A program made the translations under genes and the position numbers. DNA of 64,000 nt from Mobula hypostoma (Eukaryota): NCBI RefSeq assembly GCF_963921235.1, contig NC_086097.1, forward strand, positions 14,012,001 through 14,076,000. The letters run 5' to 3'. Within the stretch, counting starts at the first letter, position 1; the number at the start of each line of letters is the position of its first letter. The notes beneath the pieces were generated by a model. The model was not told the origin of the DNA and ran no database searches. It was given only the letters and a program-made list of their open reading frames with translations. Positions 13,036-24,489 of the stretch are shown in pieces.

Positions 13036-13369
13036 AAGATTTTTGGGGTTCGGCCAGATTGCAGAACAGAACAAACTTGAAACTCTGCTGCACTTCCAAT
13101 GTTGCAATAATTCTAAGCTCATAATTCAACCTCTGACTGAATTATGGCAGAACCATATTCGTCAATGGAGAAGGTCACAGACATGAAGCATTCACTATTT
13201 TCCTCTCCTAAGCTGCTACCTGTTTACACAGTGTGTCTGGTGAATTGGTCGGATGACATCATTATACAGGATCCACAAGGAGAGAAGGTGGGTGAAATTA
13301 TTAAGCATATTATTTTAATGTCTTGGATCCGTGACACTTTTTGATTTATAAATAAGTGTTCTCTGAGTG

Positions 13370-13690
13370 GCCAGTATCAGTTCTCCATTCCTAATTACAC
13401 TTGAGGGCCTTTGGGATTTGTCTACACTGCTGAGGATCTGGAATTATATGTGGATCATGCCCAAAAGGGGAGAGAAATTTATTTCTCCGAAGGTGCATTT
13501 ATGAAGGGTTTTTGTAACAATCCAGCAGTATCATGGTCAACAATACTCATATTAGCTTCTTTTTACCATAAATTTTAACCAACTTTGCAAATTTGAATTC
13601 TTCAGCAGCAATGGTCAGAGTCAAACTTATTAGCAGAGTCATCAATTAATCCAGGCTCCTGGACTCTAATCCCACAATGCCACCCAAAAC
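13370..13690 (-). mobile_element. Old elasmobranch SINE (Deu/SacSINE-like), degraded
   Basis: Recalled similarity to a shark SINE. Related degraded copies lie at about 40940-41300 (+) and 49075-49990 (-, interrupted). Confidence 0.5.
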
Positions 13691-15170
13691 CTTGTCAAAA
13701 TTTTGACCAAATTCTCCATGAGGAAAATGAACCATTTCATGCACAATATTTCTTAATATGTTATGTCATTACCTTCATGTGATCAGTAGCACCATCAACT
13801 GCTGGGGGTATCGCCATTGACCAAAACCTCTATACTGACCATAGCAGGCTGGATATCCTATGGTAATTACCCTGATATTCTAAGGTCCTTTCCAACACCT
13901 GCAAGGCCCAAGTTAGCTCTAGATGGTATTGTTAACATTCAGTGCATCAAGGAAAGAGAGCCCAGCATTTTGGACTATCACTATTCACCTCACCAAATAT
14001 ATTCATTCCTTTCACCATCGTTAGATTATGTATCACCTACAAATTCAACCATAGGTCCTCTCCTAGTCACACGTCATCCTGATTTGGAAATATATTATCT
14101 ATCCTTCATCATCACTGGACCCAAATCTTGGAACTCCCTTTCCTAACCTTATTGTGTATGATGGAAATCAAAAATCAAACGTGGGTGAATGTTTCGTGTA
14201 GTGGGGAGTCAATAAAGCTGGTTGCAGTTTCTTTGATGGTAATTGTTGTTAAATCAACAAATCAAGTGTTGTTGAGGGCTAACTTGTGGTTTTAAGATGG
14301 AGCGTCAGGAGGTGAGGTACTCACCGGAGAATATCAACTCTAACCAGAGTCATGGAATGAGAGAGCACAGAAATAGAACCTTTGGCCCACCCTCCCTTTG
14401 CCAAACCTTTGTTCATCAACATTAATCCCATTTGCCTATGTTAGGACTGTATCTTTTATACATTGCCAATTTAACTATCTGTTCAAAGTCCTCTTAACTG
14501 TATCAATCACTTCCTCTGCATCTGCTTTGTCTTTTTTCTGGCACTTCATGGTATGAAAAAAGGCCAGTAACATCATGAAAGATCCCACTCATGGACTGCT
14601 TGTCCCACTCCCATCAGAAGGAAGCTACGCAGCATCCACACCAGGATCACCACACTCGAAAGCAGTTACTTTCCCCCAGCAGTAATGCCTCAACCGAGTA
14701 TCCCACCGTTCCACATCCCCACCAGTATTACTTTATCATTTCCTGTCAGTCACCCTGTGCACAGACACTCCTGTGTCTAGTGTCACTTTATAGATGTGCA
14801 ATCAATCTATATAATAGATAAGCTATCTTATGCATTTATATTTATTATGCTTTATTATTGTGCTCTTTATTTTATTGTGGGTTTTTGTGATGCATTGGAG
14901 TAACAGCTATTTCACTTTCCTTGGCACATGTGTACTGGCAATCATATTAAACAATCTTGAATTCTTAAATACTTGAATACCTGATAACATTTCCAAATAT
15001 CAACACTCCATATAGAAAAAAACTTTAAAATTTCTTATTTCTCACCTTAAATTATGCTTTCTTGTTTCGTTAGCCATACCACTGGGGAAAAAGTCGTTGA
15101 AGTTCTGATCTCAATGCTATCTACATCAACGGGTGAAGAGGCTTCACAATTTGAAACATTAACCTGGCTC

Positions 15171-15630
15171 CACACATCAAAGTTGCTGGTGAACGCAGCA
15201 GGCAAGGCAGCATCTCTAGGAAGAGGTACAGTCAACGTTTCGGGCCGAGACCCTTTGTCAAGACTAACTGAAGGAAGAGTGAGTAAGGGATTTGAAAGTT
15301 GGAGGGGGAGGGGGAGATGCAAAATGATAGGAGAAGACAGGATGGGGAGGGATGGAGCCAAGAGCTGGACAGGTGATTGGCAAAAGGGATATGAGAGGAT
15401 CATGGGATAGGAGGCCCAGGGAGAAGGAAAAGGGGGAGGGGGGGAAACCCAGAGGATGGGCAAGGGGTGTAGTCAGAGGGACAGAGAGAGAAAAAGGAGA
15501 CAGAGAGAAAGAATGTGTGTATATAAATAAATAACGGATGGGGTACGAGGGAGAGGTGGGACATTAGCGGAAGTTAGAGAAGTCAATGTTCATGCCATCA
15601 GGTTGGAGGCTACCCAGACAGAATATAAGG
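15171..15630 (-). mobile_element. Young PLE 3' fragment (end of GIY-YIG coding region, 3' region, terminus)
   Basis: Near-identical to 38537-39000. Flanked by the perfect 11-bp TSD taacctggctc (15160-15170 and 15631-15641). Confidence 0.9.
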
Positions 15631-15664
15631 TAACCTGGCTCTCTATTCACAGATACTACCTGCC

Positions 15665-15950
15665 CAACACATGCAAAATGCTGGAGGAACTCAGCAAGTC
15701 AGACAGCACCTATGGAAATGAATAAACAGTTGACATTTCGGGCCAAAACACTTCTTCAGGACTAGAAAGGAAGGGGGAAGTTGCCAGGATAAAAAAGCGG
15801 GGGACTGAGAAGAAGGATGAGCTAGAAGATGAAGCTAGGTGGGTGGGAAAGGAAAAGAGCTGGGGAAGAAGAAATCTGATGAGAGAAGAGACTGGACCAT
15901 AGGAGAAAGGGAAGAGGAAGGGGACCCAGGGAGATGTGTTAGACAGGTGA
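15665..15950 (-). mobile_element. Older PLE terminus and purine-rich 3' region
   Basis: caacacatgcaaaatgctggaggaactcagc...gacatttcgggcc...ttcttcaggact. Confidence 0.8.
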
Positions 15951-16499
15951 GTGTGTTTTCTGTATTTTCTATTTATATTGTGAAAAAACTTTTACCACTA
16001 AAATTCACTAATTGAAGAGAGAAAATCTTTGTCATTAACAGTTAGTGAAAGTCAATGAATATTGGCCATAACAAACAGTGACCTTGTCTCATGATATCAA
16101 ATCAGAAAAAGTAACATTGACCCATATATGATATTAGTACAAAAGACTTGGTCCAACAGTTTTTAATGTTTTAAGAGACCTTAAATGATGAGAAAGTTAT
16201 ACTAACACAGAGGTTCAGGGACAAACTCCAGACTTGTAGGTGGTTGCCAATATGACCTGATTAAAGAAAATGAGTTTACACTGGAGCCAAATCTGGAGAA
16301 ATACCTCGCAGGACTGTGGAGCTGAGAAGGTTATAATGATAGCAAAGGACTCGAGAACAAGGATGGAGAAGTTAAAAATATGTTGTTTTTTTGGAACAAG
16401 TGACAATGTAGGTCAATGAGTATCAGGAGGTAATGGTCGGCCGGGACTTGGTATGAACTGAGATCCAGCCAGTAGAGTTGTGCTTGAATTCTTTGCTCT

Positions 16500-17085
16500 T
16501 AGAAGGTGGAACCAGGCAAAAGGTCTGAATAGGGAAAATAGGGAGAAGGTTAAGAGTGGTAGAAATGGGTGTAGAAGGAGAGGAACGAGGCAATGGGAAG
16601 AATGAAGGATTGGAGTGAAGAGAGAATAGGTTGGGAGAGAATAGGGATGTTGGGGATGTTCTGGGAGGAAGGAATAAAAGCCAAGTGAAATCCTGATAGG
16701 AGTGAGAGAACACTATGGGGGAGAGGGAGTGAGGGATGATGAATGATGAAGTGAAAGAGAAAAAGCAGGGAGGAACGGATTTAGATAAAAGAATGTTAGT
16801 GGGGAAGAAGCGAGTAAGCAGGGGATAGAAAATAGCCGAGGTCGTGGAGATGGATAACAGACAATGAGAAGAAAGGGAGAAGAGGTGAACAGTGGCTAAG
16901 AGTAAAAGAGAGAGAAATATTTCTCTCTCTCCCTTCCTCCCTCCTTCTCTCTCTCTTTTTCTTGCTCTCCCTCCCTCTCACTTTCTCTCTTATTCTCCAT
17001 CTACCCCTTCCCTGTCTGTCTCTCTCTCATTTTATCTTACTTCCACTTTCCCTCCCTCCCTCCCTGTTCAAACTGTTACTAGGGA
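16500..17085. repeat. Purine-rich tract switching to a pyrimidine-rich tract
   Basis: GA-rich to about 16918, then CT-rich. A perfect 24-bp palindrome (16907-16930) sits at the switch. Confidence 0.8.
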
Positions 17086-17654
17086 AAAGTGAAGGCAGAT
17101 TCCTGTCTCACAGTTTCAAGTTCTGCCTTCTTAAAGCGGTAATATTTTGCCTGTAGCCACATACTCCCTGACTCTTCATGAAGAGTAGTGAGGCTGGAGC
17201 CTGCGTTTTGACTCATCCTTACCTGCCGTGCGGTTGGTGTGCGGTAGGGAGGGAATTAGTAAGGAACAGCAAAAGCCAGTGTTTGAAGGAAGGAACAGGA
17301 AAAGTCCTGGAGGTGGGGGAAAGTTGGCATGAAGCATATGGTAGCAACAACATCCAGGAGAATTAGAAATGCTGAGTGACTCGACACCTGGTAAAATTTT
17401 CACCTTTGTCACATTTTCTGAGATCCCAAACCAAACTCCTTGATCTGTAAGTGCAAGAAGAGAGGAGGGACGTGACTGGACAAGGGCAGTTAATACATTT
17501 GCTGAAAGGACTCTCTAGAGGAGGTGTTCAAAGAAGACAAATAAAATCTTAAGTTATCAGAAGAATAAAGAGCTGAAAATATAATGACAATTAAATTGCT
17601 AATTAGCCAACATTGTAGAATTCAGTGTTGAGTCCAGAACAAAGATCCAGTCAA

Positions 17655-18535
17655 ATTTCAAAGATCAAAGTAACTTTATTATCAAAATACGTATGTTACC
17701 ATATACAACCCTGAGATTCATTTTCTTAAGAGCATACTCAATAAATCCATAAACACGAGGAAATCTGCAGATGCTGGAATTTCAAGCAACACACATAAAA
17801 GTTGCTGGTGAACGCAGCAGGCCAGGCAGCATCTCTAGGAAGAGGTACAGTCGACTATACCTCTTCCGAGAGATGCTGCTTGGCCTGCTGCGTTCACCAG
17901 CAACTTTGATGTGTGTTGCTCAACAAATCCATAATAGTATCAATAAAAGACCAAACCAACATGGGTGTTCAGTGTGCAAAAGACAACAAACTATGCAAAT
18001 ACAGAAAGAGAAGTAATAAAAATAAATAAATAAGCAATAAATGTCGAGACCACGAGATGAAGAGTCATTGAATCCATAGGTTGTGGGAATATTTCAGTGA
18101 TGGAGTACATGGAGTGAAGTTATCCATTTTGATTCAAGAGCCTGATGGCTGAGAGGTAATAACTGTTCCTGAACCTGGTGATGTGATTCGTGAGGCTCCT
18201 GCACATAATTCCTGATGGCGACAGCGAGAAGAGAGCATGCTCTGGGCAGCGTACGCTTGAGATGATGGATGCTGCTTTCCTGCGACAACGCTCCATGAGA
18301 ATGTGCTCAATGGTGGGCAGGGCTTTACTTGTGATGGATTGGGGTCTATCCATTACGTTTTGTAGGATTTTTTAATCAAGGGCATTCTGGACTGTAATAC
18401 TGCCAGTCAATATACTCACCGCCACAAATCGAAGATTGTCAAAGTTTTAGATGTCATGCCGAATCTTCACAAACTTCTAAGGACGTAGAGGTGCTGCCGT
18501 GCTTTCCTTGTAATTGCATTTGCACCCTGGGCCCA
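17655..18535 (-). mobile_element. Rex1/Babar-type LINE 3' fragment hosting a PLE fold-back insertion
   Basis: ORF 18120-18353 (ERCRRKAASII...HALFSLSPSG...TRFRNSYY). Confidence 0.85.
17753..17918. mobile_element. Palindromic (fold-back) PLE-terminus insertion
   Basis: Arms 17785-17852 and 17853-17920 (64/68 complementary, no spacer). 16-bp TSD ctcaa(t/c)aaatccataa at 17737-17752 and 17919-17934. Confidence 0.9.
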
Positions 18536-18709
18536 GGGCAGCACATCAAAAGATGTGCCATGGTTTTCTGAGCCCAATCTGTTTTGCACCGTGACCAAAA
18601 TGAATTTATAAGATATTTTCATAAAGCAGATTAATCATATCTATCAATGAGCCACAAAATTTAATAGTTAATCTAAAATTAATGTTAAAATAATTTAAAT
18701 CTAAATATG

Positions 18710-19515
18710 CTACATAAACTTTTGATTAGGCCACAATTGGAGCATTTTTGTCGCTCCATTACGGAAAGGATGTGCAGACTTTGAAGAGGATACAAAGGAT
18801 GTTCACCAGGGTGTTGTATAGATTAGAGAGTATTAGTTGTAAGAAGAGGTTAGACAGACTTAGTTTGGTTTTTTTTCTGGAGCATTGTGGGCTGAGAAGA
18901 GAACTAATAGAAGTTTGTATGATTATGTGGATCATAGATGGGGTTGATAGTCAATCTCTTTCTCAGGGTAGAAATATCAAATACTAGAGGCCGCTTGTTC
19001 ATTTTGTGGCATGTCGTATGATGTGGGTGATAATGGTCTTTCCATGATTGTTCCTGGCAAATTCTTCTACAGAAGTGGTTTGCCATTGCCTTCTTCTTGG
19101 CAGAGTCTTTACAAGATGTGTGCCCCCAGCTTTTATCAATACTCTTCAGAGATTGTCTGCCTGGTATCAGTGGCCGCGTAACCGGGACTTGTGATAGCAC
19201 CAGTTGTTCATACAACCATCCACCACCTACTCCCATGGCTTCTCGTGACCCTGATCGGGGCGGGGTGGAGGGTAAGCAGATGCTCCATCTTGCCCAAGGG
19301 TGACCTGCAGGCTAGCGGAGAGAAGGGTCACCTTACACCTTCTTTAGTAGAGACATATTTCCAAAAGATCTAGTGGGAAGAAAAATTTTAGGGAGTTGAG
19401 TGGGGCAAATATTTTACATAGAGAATAGTAGATAGCTAAAATGCCCTATGCACACTAACCCCACAGATGATAGGCTGAAGGGCCTGCTCCTGTGATGTAC
19501 ATTTCCATGCTCTAG
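18710..19515 (+). mobile_element. CR1 3' fragment interrupted by a family A RTE-SINE (about 19000-19358, minus strand)
   Basis: KDVQTLKRIQRMFTRVL CR1 remnant. The CR1 tail resumes after about 19370. Confidence 0.75.
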
Positions 19516-20089
19516 CTGTGCTGGATGTTTAGTTCTTGCCATCGGATTAATTTCTTCACTGAGGTGGTTTCATGCTCTGGGCGTGGGTGCCGATCAATTT
19601 GGAAAAGTGTTAGCATGTGCTGCGCCAAAGACGTAGATTAAGCCAGGTAATTAACTCATTGAGACAGCACAGAAATATGTCCCAGCTTTGTCTGGGACCA
19701 ATTCTGGCTCCTTCTGAAGTCTGTGTCAGCACCCACAGGAATCGGGCCGGGACGGACCTCCTGGCCCCAAGTCAATAAGACACAGTCCCCTGGGTGTGAA
19801 GCTACTCTTTAACGCCAAGCTGAAGCCCCTCAGATAGTCTGCGGCAGGCTCCACAATTCTCTGATGCAAGCACTGACAGGAGGCCTGTGCCTACTAAACA
19901 CATATGAAAACATGCTTGGGTGTAGTCAACAAACATCAGTCAGATTCTTGAATCCAATTTTCACACTGAAAAGATGGACCACCCTGAACTAAGTGCTTCA
20001 GTGCCAAATTCTGAGTCTTCCTGGCTCCCGAGTATTTGGATTTATTGTGAAGCTGCAGCAGTGTAACAGTGATCTGTTTGTAATAAACA

Positions 20090-20315
20090 GAAGCGCAAGA
20101 GGTTCGGCAGATGTCGGATATCCAGACTAACACACATGCACAATGCTGGAGACACTCAGCAGGTCAAACAGCATCAATGGTGAGGAATAAATAGCCGACC
20201 TTTCATCAGGACTCCCACATCATGTATTATGAAGGGTCTCGGCCCAAAACATCAGCTCTTTATTCCTCTCCAGAGATGCTGCCTGACCTGCTGAGCTCCT
20301 CCAGCACTTTGCTTC
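20090..20315. mobile_element. Head-to-head inverted pair of PLE termini
   Basis: atgctggagacactcagcaggtc...ttcatcaggact on the left, tgaagggtctcggccc...gctgcctgacctgctgagctcctccagca on the right. Confidence 0.75.
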
Positions 20316-20409
20316 TGTAATAAACATAAAATGTTTGGAATATTTAGCCGGCCAGTCCGCATCTGCAAAGAGGGAGTGAGTTAATGTTTCAAATCAAATA
20401 CTGTTCATC

Positions 20410-20872
20410 TGTCTCTCTTTCTGTCTCTCTCTCTCTCTCTCTCTCTTTAGAGTCATAGGGTCTTAGAAAGGATAGAAAAGTACAACAAAATTTGGTGCAT
20501 CCAGTCCATGCCAAAACCATTTAAGCTGCCTATTCGCATTCACCTGAACCAGGGCCATAGCTCTCCATATCCCTTCCATCCATTTACCTATTAGTGTGTC
20601 TCTTAAACATTGAAATTGAGCTCACATGCACCACTTGTGCTGGCAACTTGTTCCACACTCTCCTGACCCTCTGAGTGAAACAGTTTCCCCTCATGTTCCC
20701 CTTCAACTTTTTACTTTCTCTCTCTCTCTCTCGTTTTCTCTCTCTCTTATTTTTTCGCAGTCTCTCTCTCTCTCACTCTTTTCTCTCCTCTGTCTCTCCC
20801 TCTTTCTCTCTCTCTCCCCCTCTCTCCTCTCTTTCCTCTCTCCCTCTCCTCTCCTGTCTGTCTGTATATCTG

Positions 20873-20905
<33 letters not shown>

Positions 20906-20948
20906 CCTCTCTCTCTCACTCTCCTCTTCTCTTTCTCTCTTCTCTCCA
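20410..20948. repeat. (TC)n microsatellites flanking a CR1 3' tail (about 20448-20715, minus)
   Basis: Visible TC/TCTG repeats. The CR1 tail is colinear with 26750-27135 and 53550-54112. Confidence 0.8.
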
Positions 20949-21790
20949 TCCCGTGGTCATGCCAGACCTTCTGAGAGTTTCCCTCATTTTCTTTACTTTT
21001 TCGCTATTTATAAATGTTTGCTTCATTGATTTCCTGTGGATGCCCCAGCCTAGCATTCACGGTTCATAATACAGTCTTTCCAACAAAGGGGAGACCAAGC
21101 ACAGAGTGGGTGACCAGCATACAAGACACTTCGATGTAGTCTGCAGATTAAACACCTTATCACGCCCGCCCGGGCCCCCGTGTCTTTCCACTCCCGCACT
21201 GTTCTGATAAACCTCAACAATTGAAGGCATTTTATGGACTTCTGGGAGCAATGCTGAATGTTGAATGTGCCTCATGTACAGAGAAGGGCAGACTGAAGTC
21301 ATCACACGGCAACTGTGAACGTGTTGATTGCTGTTTGCTCCTCTGATCTTTTCATGAAACATTCCCCTGTTGCAATTGACCAACACCGTCTCTCAACTAG
21401 TGTTTGAAATAGAAACCTGGATCTATCTGAGAGCTGAGTGAATTGGTCGCTATGGGGGCATGGAGGTTGTCTGCTCATTCCCAAGGGCGGTGAGACTGCT
21501 ACTGCTGCTCAGTCACTTCAAAGTTCACTGTAAGTTTATTAGCAAAGTACAGATACTGAATGTCACCATATACAATCCTGAGATCCATTTTCTTGTGGGC
21601 ATTCACAGTAAGTACAAGAAACACGATAGAATTAATGAAAGACCGTACCCAACAGAACGCACAAAAGACCAATGTGCAAAAGACAACAAACAAAGAAAAG
21701 GATTAATAATAATAATTAATAAATAAGCCATCATGATTTAGTTTAAAGGATGTTTTCAAAATTCAAAAGTTGTAAATATGTATTCTATAT

Positions 21791-21988
21791 GTTCTTCGCC
21801 ACGTCTCATGACACATCGTGCGACAGCCTTGCCGTTTCTTTAGCATTTTGCTTATTACAAGACTGAGTTGCGAACTCAGTGCTCAACCCAGCACTTAATG
21901 GAAAGTGTGCAAGGAGCCAAAAGGAGTCGAACCTGGGACCACTTACCTCGCGGTTTGGTGCGGATGCCACTACACCACCTGCAGGCCA
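21791..21988 (-). mobile_element. tRNA-derived SINE with intact Pol III A and B boxes
   Basis: Minus-strand TGGTGTAGTGG (21967-21977) and GGTTCGACTCC (21923-21933). Degenerate 13-bp TSD at 21778-21790 and 21989-22001. Confidence 0.8.
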
Positions 21989-23247
21989 ATGTATGCTATG
22001 TACGACTTTGAAATCCGTCTTCTTTTTAGGTAGACACGAAAACAAAGAAACCCATCAGAACCCATGAAGGAAGATTATCGAACACCCAAAGGGTGAAAAA
22101 CAAATCATGCAAACAATATAAGTAAACAAACAACACTCAGGACTACAGTTCATAAAAGTGAGTCCACAGCCGTAAAGCTAGTTCATTGCGGCAGTCGGTC
22201 CAGGAGCCCATTAGTTGCCAGCCACTGCCTCAGTTCAGTGCAGAGATGAGTAAACCTCATGGAGCAGTCAGCTGAACACCAAACCCTCCCTTGCCTCTGG
22301 CCCCAACACCCAAACTTTTCAATCTGGCCCTGCACTGAAATCGGCCAAACATAGGCTTGTTCCTCACTCTCGGGATTCTTTGAAGGAAAGGATCCCAAGA
22401 GAAGATGTAACTGAGGTTTATACAATTTCAAAAGGCCTAAACAGGGTAGAAAGTAAGGAATTGTTCCAAAATATAACACACCACCAGTGTTAATCTGTAC
22501 TAAAGACAGAAAATGTTGGAAACACCCATCAGGTCAGGCAGCATCTGCAGAAGGCGAAACAGTTACCATTTTAGGTTGAATTTGTCATACTTTTGACATG
22601 GGGTTTTTAAGTTGAAACAACACAGGTGAGTGTTTCCAATGTTTCCTGTTTTATTTATTATTTTAGTACCTGTGTTTTTATTTCCATTATTAGATTTTAA
22701 GTACCTGTTCCCTCAGATAAATCAGTAATTAGGATGTGTAGATTTTTATTAAGTAATCGAATGGTCAGAGAAAAGTTGAAAACATTTTTATTGACTACTA
22801 AGATTCTGTCCGTTGGAGAGCACTCTAACTGGCTTCATCACCATCCAGTTTGGGAGGTAGGGCTACTGCACAGGATCAAAAGAAGCTGCAGGAAGTTTTG
22901 AACATCATGGACAGTAGCCTCCATAGCATCCAGAATATCTTCAAGGAATGATGCCTCGAAAAGGCATCATACATCATTAGGGACAGCTATCATCCAGGAC
23001 CTCTTCTCAATGATATCATCTGGAAGGAGGTATAGGACCCTAAAGACACACACTTCATCAAAGGCTATGACCAGGTGCTGGCTCATGAGCTTAACTTAAA
23101 ATCCATTGTTGGTGCACATGGACAAAATGGACGAGGTAGACCATGTGATCTCCAGCTATGCCACAAAGCTGTATGATTCTTTGTTTAAGCCTTCTGAGCA
23201 ATGCTATGTGAGGATGTGGATGGCCTAACTGAGAAGGAAGATTGTCA

Positions 23248-23835
23248 TGAACACAAGAGATTCTGCAGATGCTGGAAATCCAGAGCAACACACACAAAAT
23301 GCTAGAAGAACTCAGCAGGTCAGGCAGCATCTAAGGAGGGGAATAAACAGTTGGTACTTCAGGCCGAGACCCTTCATCAGAACTGGAAAAGAAGGGGGAA
23401 GAGGTCAGAAAATGGAAAGGAAAGGGGTAAGATGCCATAAACTTATTGCAAGCCTTTTTTGAGGAAAAAAGTCCAGCAGGAATCGAAGTTGGCAGAAACC
23501 TTCTGTGTCCAAACGTCATTGAATTTACTTTCCAGTATTTCCTGTCCTTTCTCCTATGGTCCACTCTACTATCCTATCTGATTCCTTCTTCCCCAGCTCT
23601 TTACCTTTCCTATTGACCTGGCTTCACCTATCACCTTCCAACTAGTCTCCTTTCCTTCTCTCAACCTTTTTTTTTATTTGAGCATCTTCCCCTTCCTTTT
23701 CAGTCCCGAAGAAGCCTTCCACCTGAAATATTGATTTATTCATTTCCATAGATGCTTCCTGACCTCTTAAGTTCCTTCAGCATTTTGTGTGTGTTGCTCA
23801 GGATTTTGAGTATCTGTAGACTTCCTGGTGTTTAT
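23248..23835. mobile_element. Inverted pair of PLE termini with spacer
   Basis: Minus copy at about 23248-23430 and plus copy at about 23540-23835. Confidence 0.8.
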
Positions 23836-24026
23836 GATTCAACCTACTTGTTGACAAGTCATCATTCAGGGCTCAAGGTCAGCCGGAACAGTGAGAAAGT
23901 TTTAAGAAGGAAGTGAGGAACAAAGAGGATGGGTTGTGACGGGGTAATCTGCAAGAACGACTGAACAACAGAAGAGTCATACAGCACAGAAACATGCCCA
24001 GAAACAGGTCAAAGGTGTCACACCAG

Positions 24027-24462
24027 TTGGTCGTGGTGGTGGCATCCGTTAGTCTCGGGAGACCATGGACCTGCGCCTGGAAAGTCTTGCTTCAGTCTGT
24101 GTTAGAGCAGCGTCTGTTGTAGCTGTAGAGGCCCACACGGGAGTGACAGTCTCTGCCACATCGACTGTACTCGAAGGCGCTGTCCTCCAGTGTAATCTTG
24201 GTGCTGTTTTTCCGACGAGTGTGCTTTTCTTCAGCAGCAAGCCTCAGCTTCTCTCCTCCTCTTTTTAGACCTCTGCGTAGTTCCAGCCTCCAGCGAGAGC
24301 GATCGCTTGTGATGTCCTCCCACCTCTCGACGGTCATTTTCAGTGACTTCATGTCTCGCTTGCAAACGTCTTTGAAATGAAAATGGGGCTGCCCTTGTGC
24401 TCTCTTGCCGGAGGCCAGCTCCCCGTACAGCAGGTCTTTCGGGATCCTCCTATTATCAAGCA
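24027..24462 (-). mobile_element. RTE-clade LINE 3' fragment with C-terminal zinc-finger remnant
   Basis: RIPKDLLYGELASGKR..G.P...FKDVCKRDMK...WE...DRSRWR and SRCGRDCHSRVGLYSY.RRC, followed by a short 3' UTR. Confidence 0.9.
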
Positions 24463-24489
24463 ACCATTTATACTAATTCAGTTTTTATT

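Noticed and set aside
15054..15534. Similar plus-strand ORFs here and at 38405-39135 suggesting a duplicated gene
   Set aside because: They are antisense frames of two copies of the same PLE.
17785..17920. pre-miRNA or DNA-transposon MITE
   Set aside because: The arms are PLE terminal sequence, and the 16-bp TSD fits retrotransposition rather than a cut-and-paste superfamily.
21900..21988. tRNA gene
   Set aside because: A and B boxes are present, but there is no complete cloverleaf. It continues into a SINE body with a TSD.
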